A stretch of 64,000 nucleotides of DNA from Blastocladiella emersonii ATCC 22665 (Eukaryota > Fungi > Blastocladiomycota): positions 4,278,001 to 4,342,000 of the forward strand of contig JANHCV010000001.1 in the NCBI GenBank assembly GCA_025594325.1, read 5' to 3'. Shown in pieces: positions 47,061 to 59,682 of the stretch. Numbering within the stretch: the first letter of the stretch is position 1; each line of letters begins with the position of its first letter. The position numbers and the translations under genes were made by a program. The notes beneath the pieces are model-generated. The model was not told the origin of the DNA. It made no database searches and saw only the letters and a list, made by a program, of their open reading frames with translations.

Positions 47061-48035
47061 TCAGTACGTGTGACGATGGGTAGCCTCCTCGTTGCCGCGG
47101 GTGCCGCTTCCTTTTGTAGTCGCCTCGGGGGTATGCTTCATCGCCAGCTCCGGGTGGAGGAGCGAGGGAAACCGACGGCGACGCGACCTGGATCGGTCAG
47201 CGGAAACGCCACACACGTGTGTGGCCGTCGGGTTCGCGAGCGCGATTTCCAACGCGCTGACGCGAATGCTGACACTGGCGCTGACGGAAGAAGCTGACGA
47301 CGAGGAAGGTGAGCGAAGAGGAAAGAGTCTAGGATTGTAAACGACGGCCGAAAACCAGTGCTCGGAGTGGTGGATGGGGACAACGAGTAGGTCCATGGCG
47401 AAGAAGTCGACGCGGGAGAGCCATCGTGCGACGTCGTTGTAGCCCTTGCGGAGGTGCGACATGAAGATGGTGTCGAACTGGTAGACGAGGGCTCGGCGAG
47501 GCGGCGGGAGGAGGGAAAGGCGGTACTTGATGTGGAAGGAGATGATGGCGTCGTCGATGTAGTTGGCCTTGACGTCGTCGACGTCGGGAACGGCCTTGTC
47601 GTCGAGCCTCACGAACGCGCCCAGCCTGACGTCGGTGGCGTTCTTGAGGTCGTCGATCGGGTACGCGAGGATCGTGACGTTGTGGCCCTGCTGGGCGCGC
47701 TCCTTGAGGTCCTCGTCGCTGCCAACGAGGTCGGCGAGGAGCGCCGAGATGGTCGTGGTGGCGTCCGAATCGTCGTCGGTCGAGGCGTCTGAATCGTCGT
47801 CGCTCTCGATGACGACGACGTCGGCCGGCGTGGCGGTGGCGCGGGCGGGCGCGAGAGCGGCCGGGACGGGGACCGGCGCGAACGAGTGACGGGCGCCGGG
47901 CGCGGGATGGGGACCGTGCCAGGTGGAGGCACGGCCGTTGGTGGTAGTGGGCCGTGCGAGGGGCGCCCGGCGGTTGTGGATGGGCTTGCGGCGGCGGGGG
48001 ATGATGGAGGGGAAGGTCGCGAGGCCCTCCGGCAT
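47061..48035 (-). pseudogene. Ulp1/SENP (peptidase C48) relic with a disrupted catalytic domain
   Basis: YIDDAIISF, FDTIFMSHL, VARWLSRVDFFAMDLLVVPIHHSEHW are recognisable; no in-frame DS or QxNxxDCG follows. Confidence 0.65.
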
Positions 48036-48093
48036 GGTCCTATGTATGGATGAATAACCAAAAACGACAAAGTTGACACATGAAGCGCGTCGC

Positions 48094-49028
48094 TTAGCGC
48101 TTGTTCACCTCCATGTTCATAAACTCCTTGGCGGAGGTGCGCTTCAGCTCGGGGCGGTACGTGTACGGCATCAGACCTAGAGGTATGGGAGAGAGGCAAG
48201 TGTCAGTTGAGGTCACGGCGTCGCAACGAGCGGGAGCGAGAGGTGGGGGGGAAACCGTACCCATGGCACGCGCGCGCTTGATGGCCTTGGTCAGCTTGCG
48301 CTGGTGCTTGGCCGTCAGGTTCGTGTTCTTGCGGTGCATGATCATGCCCGTCTCGGTGACAAAGTTGCCGAGCACGCCCGCGTCCTTGTACAGGGCAAGC
48401 GGGTTGGTGCCCATGGCCTTGAACGCATCGAACTTGTAGTGGGTGAGTGAGCCAAAGGCGACACGCGGCGCGCCCGAGGTCTCGTCGAGGTCCTTGAGCG
48501 TGTACATCTGGAATTCGCGGCGGGTAACTGTGGGTCAGTAATCGGACATGTCTCCAGCGCGGATCGAGCCCGTGGTACGGGAATGTCCGTACGTCGCCGT
48601 TCTTGAAGTTCTTGTTGATCGAGTTGCCCGCGACAATGTCTACACGATGCCGGCCATGGACGTTAGACCGGCCCTCTCGAGGGATTGGAGGGGGATCCTC
48701 GTCATCCATGGAGCATACCAAGGATCGACTCTCCTGCCTTGGGCCGCTGGCCGAACGAGCGGCGCGCGGGTGCGCGAACCGACGCATAGCTGCCGCCGAC
48801 GGCAGCCTTGATGACCGATGGGCGCTCCGGCGCGGCGTCGGCAACAGGCGCTGCTTCCGCGGCGGGAGCGGCAGCCTCGGGCGCCTGCTCGGTCGAGGAG
48901 GCAATGGCGGCAGCCGCGATGTTGCCAATCGAGGACATGGCGCGGGTCGCCGCCGCGGCCGCGACCGACGAGATCGGGGCGGATGCCCGAGACAGTTGCA
49001 TCATGTTACGAGACAGCATTGCATTCAT
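48094..49028 (-). CDS. RSM18: Mitochondrial ribosomal protein bS18m
   Basis: NPLALYKDAGVLGNFVTETGMIMHRKNTNLTAKHQRKLTKAIKRARAMG|LMP; presequence-like N-terminus; 3 introns. Confidence 0.9.
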
Positions 49029-49136
49029 GGGCGTGCGGGTGCACCGGTAAGGACTCGAGGCCCTGCTGATCGCTGCCGCACGCAAAACTGCGAAGGGAGC
49101 GCTGCTTCGGTTTAGCCTCCCGCTCGCTGACATCAC

Positions 49137-50790
49137 ATGACCATGAAACGATTTTTCGACGACGCGTCGCGCGCGACGGCGACGGTGTCGGTCGCGTCGA
49201 CTTGGCGCAACGAGCGCGTCGTCGTCGTCGACGGCGTCGGCCAGACGGACCCGGTCCGGTTCGCCGAGATGGGGTGCCAGTCGGCGGTCGCCGCGGCCGC
49301 CGAGGTGCAGACCGACAACCCGCATGTCGTCAAGTCGCGCATGAGCAGCGCGGCGGCTGGCTCGGGCGCGCCCGTGAGCTCGACGGGCCGGATGTTCGAC
49401 TTTTCCGGCCTCGCCGCGTTCCTGCAGACGGTGGAGGCGCCCGTGTCGTCCATGCTCATGGAAAACCTCAGGACCGACGCGTTTGATGGTGCGAGGGGTT
49501 GCGCCGAGGTTGACTCCAGGGGTTCTGACATACTTGCGTGTGTATAAAGACTGGATGCAGCGGTTCAACGTCGAGGACGCGGACGGCGGCGCGGACTCGG
49601 ACCCCATGACGCTCGGCGACCTCATCGTTGACACGTCCGTCCCCAAGGACCTGACGCTCGTCGCGACCGACCGTAGTCGAACCGGCAACTCAATCGTTCT
49701 CGCGTACGCCTCGAGCACTGCACTCCTGCGACGTATCATGCTCACCTCCCGCACCACGCGTAGCTACTCGGTCGGTCACCAGTCAGGCGCCGCAGAAGCC
49801 GTGGGCTCACCGTGGTGCACGCACGCCGGCATGGTTTCCGTGTGGCAGGGCGGCAAAAAGACGGCGCGCGTGACGCTAGCGTCGTGCGCCACGTCCGTCG
49901 CGTTCCACCCGGACCAGCCGTCCATCGTCGCGATCGGCATGTGGCCGGGCGACGTGGCCGTGTGGGACACCAACACCGAGTCGCTCGTCTCGGCCGTGTC
50001 CGAGCACAGCCACGGCGACGCGGTCGGGCAGGTCGCGTGGCACGCGGGTAACCTGTGGACCTGTGGCCTGGACGGCGCCATTACGGAATGGCGCTGGCGG
50101 CAAAAGGCGCTCGAGCCGCTGCGCAAGGTCGTGCTCGCCATCTCGTCGCGGACCAAGCTCGGCATCCCGCTGCGCGCGCTCGCGCTGCACCCTGACCCCG
50201 TCTCGAGCATCCTCGTCGCGTCGAGCGTCGTCGGCGACCTCGTGCACATGGACACGCGCCGCATCAAGGCGTACGGGTCCACGCTCGCGGCGGGCCCAAC
50301 GGCCGCGCACTTTCGTTACTCGGGCCACGCGGGCGCCGTCGCGTACCTCGGCTTCAACTCGCACGTCCCGCTGCTCCTCTCGGCAGGCCACGACAAGCGC
50401 ATCAACCTGTACCGCGTCTTCCGCGACACGCCCGTGCACACGGTCCGCACGCCCGACCGCGTGCTCTCGGCCGCGTGGTCGCCGCTGCGGCCCGCCGTGT
50501 TCGCGGCCACGACGCCCGAGTCGGTGCTCCTGTACGATCTCGCGATGCCGCAGCCCAAGTCGCTCATCGGCTCGCTCAAGATGGCGTGTACCGGGCCCGT
50601 CTTCTTCCACCCGTCGCTACCGTTGCTCTACGTCGCCGCCCTCGAGAGCGGGCGGAGCTGCGTGCGCGTGGTCCGACTCGGCGCGACACTCGCTGGCGGG
50701 GACATGGTCGTGCGCCTCAACGACATTGCTGTTCTGAACGCCCTGCTTGGCAGCGTCGATGATGGGTCTCGAGACCCGAGTGATGATTGA
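49137..50790 (+). CDS. WDR34: Cytoplasmic dynein-2 intermediate chain (retrograde IFT), WD40 protein
   Basis: AEVQT...LAAFLQTVE..V...L..N...AFD and SVAFHPDQPSIVAIG..GDVAVWD, AAWSPLRPAVFAA match WDR34/DYNC2I2 as I recall it. Confidence 0.85.
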
Positions 50791-50951
50791 TTCAATGAAA
50801 TCGTGGCAATTGACTTGAAGTTCGTAAGCTGGACGCGTCTCCCACCCGCCAGCATGGCCACCGCGGCGCGCGTGCACCTGAGATCGCACCGTTGCCGTGT
50901 GCTTGTTGCTGCTCCAGCAATCGATGATGGCTATACAGTTGATGAAACGCC

Positions 50952-52680
50952 ATGGATGAGCTCGGTATAGACTACCATTGCCATGCCCGAGACGAATCCA
51001 ACGAGTCTCACTCGCGCCGGCCCACGTAGACCAACTGATCCGCGAGCTCGAGTGCGCGGCGTCTTCGCCCAGCTCGACCGTGACGACGCCCATCTCCGAG
51101 GATGTCGCTGCGCAGTTCGGAGCCACCCTGCAGAACGCGCTCAAGGACCTTCCATCACCGCCAACCGTTCCGGCGACCCTCGACCGCCCCGACTTGATGA
51201 TCCGCCGCGACACGTCGAGCTCCGACATGTCGAAGCGCGGGTCGGTTGCGAGCACGCACCCGGCGTCAGCGGCTCCGGTGGCCGCGGCCCCCATGCCCGA
51301 GGATCGGCGACCTGTACCCGCGCCTGCACCAGAGCCACCCGCGGCTGCGCCGATTGGCTCTCCCGCGCCAGCAAGCTCGGTCGCCGCCGCACCATCGCCA
51401 TCGCCGCCCGTCAAGCTCGACTCGCTCATGGGCCAGCTGCGCGTCATGGCCACGCAGCCGTCGCCCACCACCCCGCACGCGTCGCCTTCGGGCTCGCAGC
51501 CTATCATCAACCACGTCGACACTCGGCTATACGCGGCCGGAATTCCAGTCTCGCCCGCTGTCGCGAGCGCCAGCTTGACTGCGCCACCCCTGTCCGCGCA
51601 GATTGCGCCGTCGCCAGTCGCCACCGACCCTGTATCCCCGATTCTTCCGACGATACGCGCTCCCACCCAAACAACGGTTCCTCAAACCGTTCCTGTCGTC
51701 GCCGTCGGCGCGCCCGTCACGGCCACCGCCCACGAGGGGACCACGCCCATCACGCCGACGGTTCCGTCGGTTCTCCCACACGAACATCACCACCACCATC
51801 ATCATCATCCCGCAGGCAACGTTGCGGCTCCAGTGCACGCGTCGCCCCCGCTCGCTCAACCCGGCGGGGCCGCGCCCGACTCGGGCCCCGACGGCGCGCC
51901 GCCTCGGACGTGCGCCGCGTGCCAGCAGGCGATCGACGGGCCGTACGTGCACGCGCTCGAGCAGTACTGGCACCAGGACCACCTCGTGTGCGGCGTGTGC
52001 CAGATCGTGCTGTCGGCGGCGACCTTCTTCGAGCACGAGGGCGCGCTGTTCTGCCAGGAGCACCACCTCGAGCGCGTCGCGCCACGGTGCGCGTACTGCA
52101 GCGGGGCCATCGCGGAGCGGTGCGTGACGGCGCTCGGCAAGCAGTGGCACCCGGAGCACTTTTTCTGCTCGCAGTGCGGCAAGCCGCTGACGGGCGGCGG
52201 GTTCATGGAGCACGAGGGCAAGGCGTACTGCGAGGACGACTTCTTTGCGCTGTTCAGCCCCAAGTGCGGTGCGTGCGCCAAGCCCGTCATGGCCGACACG
52301 GTCAACGCGCTCGGCCGCGCCTGGCACCCGTCGTGCTTCGTGTGCGGCGAGTGCAAGTCGCCGTTCGTCGCTGGCACCTTCTTCGCGCACGAGGGCATGC
52401 CGTATTGCGAGCTCCACTACCACGCGCGCAAGGGAAGCCTGTGCCCCGGGTGCGAGAAGCCCATTGTCGGCAAGTGCATCAACGCCATGGGCCGCAAGTG
52501 GCACCCCGAGCACTTCGCGTGCAACTACTGCCAAAAGAATCTCAACAAGGTACGCCTTCGGCTGATGCGCTCGGTCTTCGCGGTGACCCTGACCTGTCCG
52601 CGCGCGCCGTGTAGACGCCGTTCAAGGAGAAGGACGCCAAAGCGTACTGCGTGCCGTGCCACACGCGCCTTTACGGGTGA
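50952..52680 (+). CDS. Paxillin-like protein with LD motifs and four LIM domains
   Basis: Exon 1 (13 nt) plus exon 2 give MDELDQLIRELE; second LD-like motif KLDSLMGQL; four CxxC..HxxH/C LIM repeats; last exon 52615-52680. Confidence 0.9.
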
Positions 52681-52962
52681 TGTGGTAGCTATAGATACAC
52701 TTAGCCTCAGCGTGAGCGACTTATTGGGAGGCCGACCACGATGACCGTCTCGGCGCACAAGAAAAAGACGCGTCGCGACGCGTCGCGTTTTGGTCACGTG
52801 GCAGGTGCGAGACACGGCCAACGCGTGCCCGCTGCGCCGACCCCGCCGAGCTTGTCCGCTGTTCGGCGGGCGTCTTCGCCTCGCCCCTTCCCCGAGAAAG
52901 CACGAACCAGCATTTCATGAATCGTCCCGCCGAATTGTAACTCCCCGAAACGCAACGCCCCG

Positions 52963-54379
52963 ATGCCGCTCGCAACGGTCTGCCTGTCGCTCGAGGGCGA
53001 CGGGGCCCGCTACGCACTCTCCAGCACGCCGTACACGGACCTGCTCGGGCAGCGCATCGCCGGACCCATCCTCGACGACCGCATCCGGCGGCTCTCGGTC
53101 GCGGCCGAGCGGTGGACGCCGTCGCCCATGTTCAACCTGCTGCCGTTCATGGCACCCTGGTTCATGATCTTCCCCGTCCTCGCCGTCACCCACGAGGGCG
53201 CGAACGGTGAGCGAGGCGGCGGTGACGACGACGGCGAGGGCGCCGGATGGACGTTCCTGGTCATCATCTGCACGCTCGCTTTCTTTTTCGCCATGGCCGC
53301 GGGTCCCGTCCACATTCATCGCTCGCTGCTCAAGGTACGCGCAGCATGTTGACCTTCAGTGAAGATGACTAACTCTCACGCTTTATAGCGCCACGAGGCG
53401 GTCAAGGCGCTGCTCACCGAGTTCACGCTGCTCGACGCGTTCCAGTCGGACCGGCACCTCGTCTGGCGCTTCACGCACGACGACAACGACGGGTGGCACT
53501 CGGAGCTGTACGAGACGGTACGCCTCTCCTTCAGTATCTGGAACACGCAGCGATTGACACAATCGGCACGTGTAGACGGTCGAAATCGTCATCCTGTCGC
53601 CGTCCGACTGTGTGGACGAGCACGGCAACGTCGTCTCGCTCGAGGCCATCTTTGCCGCCGCCAACTCGACGCGCGGCATCGCACCGGGCACAGCCGCGGC
53701 CATCCTCGACCCCGACATCGTGCACGACCCGCCGCCGGCGTACGCGGTCATGGCCGCGGCCAGCGAGAAGCCGCCCGAGTACTCGCTAATGCCGTACACG
53801 CTGTTCGACGCCGAGTACGAGCTGCACGCGATCCACTCGGAGCTGCCGCCGTCGAGCAGCGCTGGACTCGCGGCACCTGCTGCCGAGTCGGCCGCCGCGC
53901 GCTCGCGGGCCGGTTCGTCCTCGGAGCACCTCGCCGGCCACGCCCACCACCCGGCGGCCGCAGCGGCCATCATCTCGCGGTCGCGCGTCGGATCGCTCCG
54001 CGTCGAGGAAGCTGCGGAATCGCGCTCCCGCGCCTCGTCGATCCTCAGCGACACGTCGGCGTCGAGCAGCAACTTCGAGGAGGTCGACGTGCGCCAGTTT
54101 GCCCCGCCGCCGCGCTCGTCGAGCCTGTACCACACCCACACGCCGTCGTTGCCGTGGTCCGTCCGCTCGCTCTCGACTGCCGCGCTGTCCACAACCACGG
54201 CCGGCGATGGTCCTTCCCCGTCGACCTCGTCCCCGACCATCGCCGCTCAGCCCGCCACGCTCCAAGCACAATCAACGCCAGCCGTCGCCCTCGACCCAAG
54301 TCGGTCCCCGTCGCTCTCGCCATCGTCGCGGCCCGTGTCGGTCGCCGATTCGTGGGAGATTGACCTCGGCGCCGTTTGA
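52963..54379 (+). CDS. Two-TM membrane protein with PPxY-type motifs (intact member of the local family), function unknown
   Basis: Three exons joined by GT-AG introns; two hydrophobic segments; DPPPAY and KPPEY; Ser-rich tail. Confidence 0.75.
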
Positions 54380-54717
54380 CCCACCACCACGACCATCATC
54401 ATCTGCCCATCAATCTCACTCTCAATCCTATACCGAACGCACTTGTTTTGTCACACGCCCCCTTGCCTCGCGTCGATCCGCTCGTGGAGGCCCGCAACCC
54501 ATCATTATACTATACCCACCCTACTTCACATCGCGCGAGAAACATGATGCTGCTTTGACCGGCTCATTAGTGGAGTTGGGCGCGGACTCATGTCCAGCTC
54601 GCTCACGTATGTCAAAGGCCATGAACGACGACGCGGCTAGCGCGAAGCACCATCTATAAACAAAGTCTACGACGAGTCTATTCAGGAAAAATGCCGATCG
54701 GCGCGGCTGAAAACCCA

Positions 54718-57395
54718 TTAGGGCGACTGGACGGTTCCGTGCCACGACGACAGCAGCCGGGCGACGTCACGTCCCATGGCCACGAGCCGGTCGCGGCCGC
54801 CGAGCGTGGCCACGGACCGCTGCATGGCACCGACGTAATCGAACGAGCACGCGAGCGGGCCCGTGACGCGGTCGCGCTGCGTGAGCTCGACGGCGACCGT
54901 GTACGTCTGGTACCGGACGTTGACCTCCTCGGGCGTGAGCAGGCCGGCCGTGACGAGGTCGAGGTACCCGTAGAAGTTGGTCGTCGCGACCCACCGGCGC
55001 ACGCACGTGTTGAGGGGCGCGACGGCGTCCCCCGCCGCGTACTGGTGCACGAGCTGCGGCGGCGGGAAGTACTCGGCGAGGTCCTCGCGGTACACCCACG
55101 GGTTGGTCGCGGTCAGGTTGTGGCGGAACGCGCGGCCGGGCCACCGCTTCGTGTAGTAGGGCATGAACAGGTGCCGCGGCCACACGGCGTCGGCCGCGAC
55201 GCGGGTCCCGTTGCCGTCGATAGGCGGCTGGCACGGGAGCAGCGGGTGGAACCGCGAAGCGACGGGGAGCCCAGGGATCGCCACCGAGAAGGTGCGCTCG
55301 TCGTCGCCGCGGTTGACCACGGGCACCTCCTTGGACGCGCACACGTACCCGAGCGGGACCGTGGTCCAATTGCGCTGCTCGAGGTCGAACGCCGTCAGGT
55401 TGCGCACGGTGCCGCGGTGGTGCAAGCACGCGCCCGGGTTGCAGAACCCCGGGATCTTGGCCGGGTTCCCGCCCGCCGCCGCGTTCGCGGCCGCCGACGG
55501 CGGCACGCACAGCACCTGCACGCGCGCCGTCGTCACGCGGCTGTCGGCCACGTACATGTACCGCGCCATTTCGGGGGAGGCCAGGTACGCGAGTGGGACC
55601 ACGAGCCACATGGCCGTCGCGACCGCCGTCAGGACCACCTTGAGCCCGAGGAACACGGTGTGCTGGTGCGCCTTGGGCGACCGCCCGCACAGCAGAATGC
55701 GCGTCGCGAACGCCATGAAGAGGTGCGTGCCCATGCGCGCGAGCGAGAAGGACGACAGGACCAGCTTGACGATGGTCAGCGGGTTGGCGTCGTGCGGGCC
55801 GAGGTTGACGAGGACGACCAGCATCATGAGCGAGTCGCGCAGCAGCAGCTGGCCGAGTCCGAGCACCTTGCACCGGTTGATGTCGCCGTTGCTCCACGCC
55901 TCCCACTCGGTGTCGGACAGCCACAGCACGGCGCCCAGCGGGTTGCCGGGGAATCGACGGAACCCGCGCGACACGTCCGTGAGGTGGACGTTGAAGAAGA
56001 CGGCGCCCGCGACCGTGGCGAGCAGTGCCGTGTAGAACATGGAGTAGGCGAGGTCGAGCCCGCCCTCGAACGGCGTCACGAGCGCGTAGCACCCGAAGTG
56101 GTACGTGGCCAGGTACACGAACCCGAGCAGCAGATCCGTCACCTCGAGGCCCAGGAACAGCACGTAGACGAACACGGCCCACTTGCGCGACAGCGGCAGG
56201 TCGGTCCACTCGACCGGCGCCGCGGCGCTGTCAGGCTTGCCGGGACCGGGAGCACCGCCGGCTCCCTTGGTGACGACCTCGGCGGTGCCGAGTGCCTGCT
56301 CGGCCATGGTCGGCGCGCCCGCCGAGCTCACCGAGTCGGATTTGGACAGCGGCGCCGTCTGCATGATGCGCGGGACGTACGGCGGGAGTGGCGCAGTCGG
56401 GCTCGTGGTCGACGCGTAGCCGGGGTACGCGGCGGCCTTGGGCGGAGGCGGGAGGGTCGGGATAGCGGGCGGCGGCGGCATTGAAGACGGCACGGGCGAA
56501 GCCGCCGACCTCGGCGACGTGGTTGCGGACGGATCCATGGTGGGCTGGGGGCTGCCGTTCTCGTTGAGAGACACGTCGCAGAACTCGGTGGTGGCGAGCT
56601 CCTGGGCGAGGGCGCGCAGCGGTTCGTGCTGGAGCGCGTGCGGCGAGCTGCTGGACGCGCGCCGGGAGTGGGTGCCGGCGGCGACGAGCGGGGCGGGGGT
56701 GATGCTCGTCACGGAGGAGGTGCGACGGGGTTCGTGCAGCAGGCGCTCGGGGACGCCGGCCGAAGGTCGACGCGGGTCGAGGGCCGAGCGAGGAACTAGA
56801 GTGAGCGCGAATGAGCAGAATGCCGCGGGAGCCGGCAGAGAGAAGCCGTACCGATGGGCACGGGGCCGTGTGGTGAGGTTGCAGTCGCGGGCGAGTCGAC
56901 AGTTGAGAACTGGGCGAGCGGGTCCTGGCCTGGGGGTACGAGTGACACTTGGTCGTCGCGATTCTCGGCGGCTACACGCGAGTGCTAGTTAGTGCGAGGT
57001 TACGACGACCACGGGGGCAGCGATCAAGTACTCGTTTGATCCGGAAACAGGTAGTCGAGGTCGGGGTCGACGGGCCGCGTCTTGCCAACGTTGGGCAGAG
57101 TCGGCTCGTCGGACTGCAGGACGCCCGGGTTGAAGACGACGGGCGGCGGCGCAATGTCGCTGCTGGCCTGCCAGAGGAGATCGGGCTCCAAGTCGCCGGT
57201 TGACTGCTGCCCGGACGTAGGTCGCGAGAAGCTCGGCGCGCGGGGGCGAGGTCGGAGGGGCACGGGTTCGCTGGCGAGCTCCGAGTCAGAAGCGCCAGCG
57301 CTCTGCGTCGGTTTCGATTCTGTTAAGGGGGCGAGTCAAGCGGGGCTCGAGAGTGCGTGCTGCATGCGATCCGTACCACTCGGTAGTGATGCCAT
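54718..57395 (-). CDS. Uncharacterised ~834-aa multi-pass membrane protein (about 5 TM plus a Cys/N-glycan-rich C-terminal domain)
   Basis: Exons 57395-57377, 57319-57032, 56971-56852, 56795-54718 join in frame (2505 nt); introns of 57, 60 and 56 nt. Confidence 0.72.
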
Positions 57396-57748
57396 TTTGC
57401 TTTGAGGGAGAGACGTGGAGTGCGCGCTGTCACCGCGGGCGGGGCCCGTTAGCCCAGCGACGCGCGCGCCGGCAGTCGCGCCCTGAATGGGACGCACGGC
57501 CGACACGCCGACGGTGCCGTGTGGTAAGTCGCGTCGCGGCGGAGCGCGAGACAAGGGAGACAGACGGTGTGAGACGCGAGCCGACGCGTTGCGCCTCGCG
57601 GCCGCGTCCACGCCGTCCCAACGTGATGCTTTCAGCCGAGCTGACTTGTCGTCGGCGCGCCCGTTCGCTTCCTCCTCCCTCCCCGCTTCAACGCAGCTCG
57701 ATGCACGAGCACGCCTCACTCTCCATGCAAACTTGACGCAACACACAC

Positions 57749-59682
57749 ATGTCGTTCATCCACTACAAGTTCAAGTCGGCCAAGGCGCACGACTCGCTCG
57801 TGGTCGACGGCATGGGCATGTCGGCCTTCGACCTCAAGCGCGAGATTGTGCGGCAGAAGAAGCTGAAGGGCGAGGACTTTGACCTGGTCCTCGTCAACGC
57901 CGAGTCGGGCGACGAGTTCCGCGACGACATGGCCCTCGTCCCGCGCAACTCGTCCATCATCGTCAAGCGCATCCCCGTCCCCGACGCCAAGAAGCGCGGC
58001 ATCCCCGCCGGCACCGCTAAGTACAACACCGACGACCTGCACATGGGCCTGCCCACCATCCCGGCACCCGGCCAGAACGCGCCACAGCAGCAGCAGTACG
58101 GCAACGCGAACGCAAGTCGCACCGGCAGCTACAGCGCGGGCGGCGGCGCCGACCAGGGCATGTCGCGCTACGGCGGTGCAGGTGGCGGGATCCCTGGCCT
58201 CGCGTCCGCGTCGTCCGACTCGATCCCCGGCCTGTCGGGCGTTCCGGGCAGCCGCGGGCCAGGCGCGGCCGACGGCGGGTCCGAGGCCGACCGCATCAAC
58301 GCGGTGCTCAACGAGAACTCGAGCTACTGGCAGGCGACGCAGGACCGCATGGCCAACATGCGGCGCGTGCGGCCCAACTTCCAGGGCGGCCCGGGTGGGC
58401 CGCCGCAGGCGGGCGGGCGACCCGGCGGGTTCCAGCCGCGACAGCCCGGCCAGGGCGGTCCGACGGCCGGGCGCCAGCCACCGCCCAACTACGTGTGCTT
58501 CCGGTGCAACATCAAGGGCCACTTCATCCAGGACTGCCCGACCAACGGCGACGCCACCTTCGACAAGCCCAAGGTCAAGCGCACCACGGGTATCCCGCGC
58601 AGCTTCCTTCGCGAGGTCGACGCGGTGCAGCCGGACGCGTCGGCCGTCATGATCAACCCCGAGGGCAAGTTTGTCCAGTTTGTCAGCAACGAGTGCGTGT
58701 CGCGGGACCCGCTGCGCGCGGTGGTGGAAGGCCGCTCAACTGACCTGCTCCATGTAGCGCCGAGTGGAACCGGATCCAGAGCAAGCTCACGGGCGCGTCG
58801 CACAACGACAACCTCGCCCTCGCCAATGTGCCCGTCACCAAGGAGTACGAGTGCGGCCTGTGCCACAAGCTGCTCAAGGAGGCGACCGAGATGGCGTGCT
58901 GCCGCGCCTTTTACTGCGATGAATGCACGTTGCTCCTCCCTCTTCTCCTCGCGCTCCACCACGACTCGCGCTGCTGCCGCCACGGCGCGCGCCCGAACTC
59001 AGACTCTACGACTCCCGGAACTACCCCTCTTCCGCTCCGAATACAACTCGGTTCTGACTCTCCCCTCCCTCTTGTCTCGCTGCTCTGAACAGGTATCCGG
59101 AACAGCCTCACGTCGGACGGCCCGCTGCACATGACGTGCCCGAACTGCAAGCAGCACGCGACGACCGACCTCGTGCTCCCGAACGAGGCCATGCGCAACC
59201 GCATCCAGCGCTACGTCCGCGAGCAGCTCCAGCGCAGCGGGCCCGGCGGCGGCGGCGGCGGCCACCAAGGTCCCGGGTCCGGGCCCAACTACACGTACGG
59301 CGGCTACAGCTCGGGCGCAGCGTCGCTCCCGCCCGTGCCCATGGGTGGCCCGCGCGTCGGTCCCCGGCCAGGCACCGGCCCGTCGTCGCTCCCGCCCATG
59401 CCGATCCCCGGCGGCCTCCCCGCAGGCATGCGTCCCGCGTTCCAGCGGCCCGGCGGACCGCCCGGCGCTGGCCCTGGTGTCCCGCGGCCAGGTCTGCCCG
59501 GGATCCCGTCGCCGCCACAGTCGCATCACCACGACTCGCCGAGGTACGTTCCGTTGCCCGAGACGCGTCCATGGCCATGGCCACGAGCTCACTCACCGTT
59601 GTGCGCGACGTGTAGCGGCCCCGTCAAGCGACCCGGCGACGACCGCGACGGCGACTACCCGCGGAAGCGTCCCCACCACTAA
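57749..59682 (+). CDS. MPE1: Cleavage/polyadenylation factor Mpe1/RBBP6 (DWNN, zinc knuckle, RING)
   Basis: MSFIHYKFKSAK DWNN, PPPNYVCFRCNIKGHFIQDCPT, KRTTGIPRSFL, RING C..C...CC...CDE|CIR...CPNC. Confidence 0.95.

Noticed and set aside
57024-57263. Apparent stand-alone small gene divergent from MPE1
   Set aside because: A GTACTT donor at 57031, before the stop, and a branch point/acceptor at 56972 splice it in frame into the 54718 membrane-protein gene.
58925-59092. Possible snoRNA in the long MPE1 intron
   Set aside because: CTGA is present but there is no C box, and no convincing H/ACA hairpin pair.
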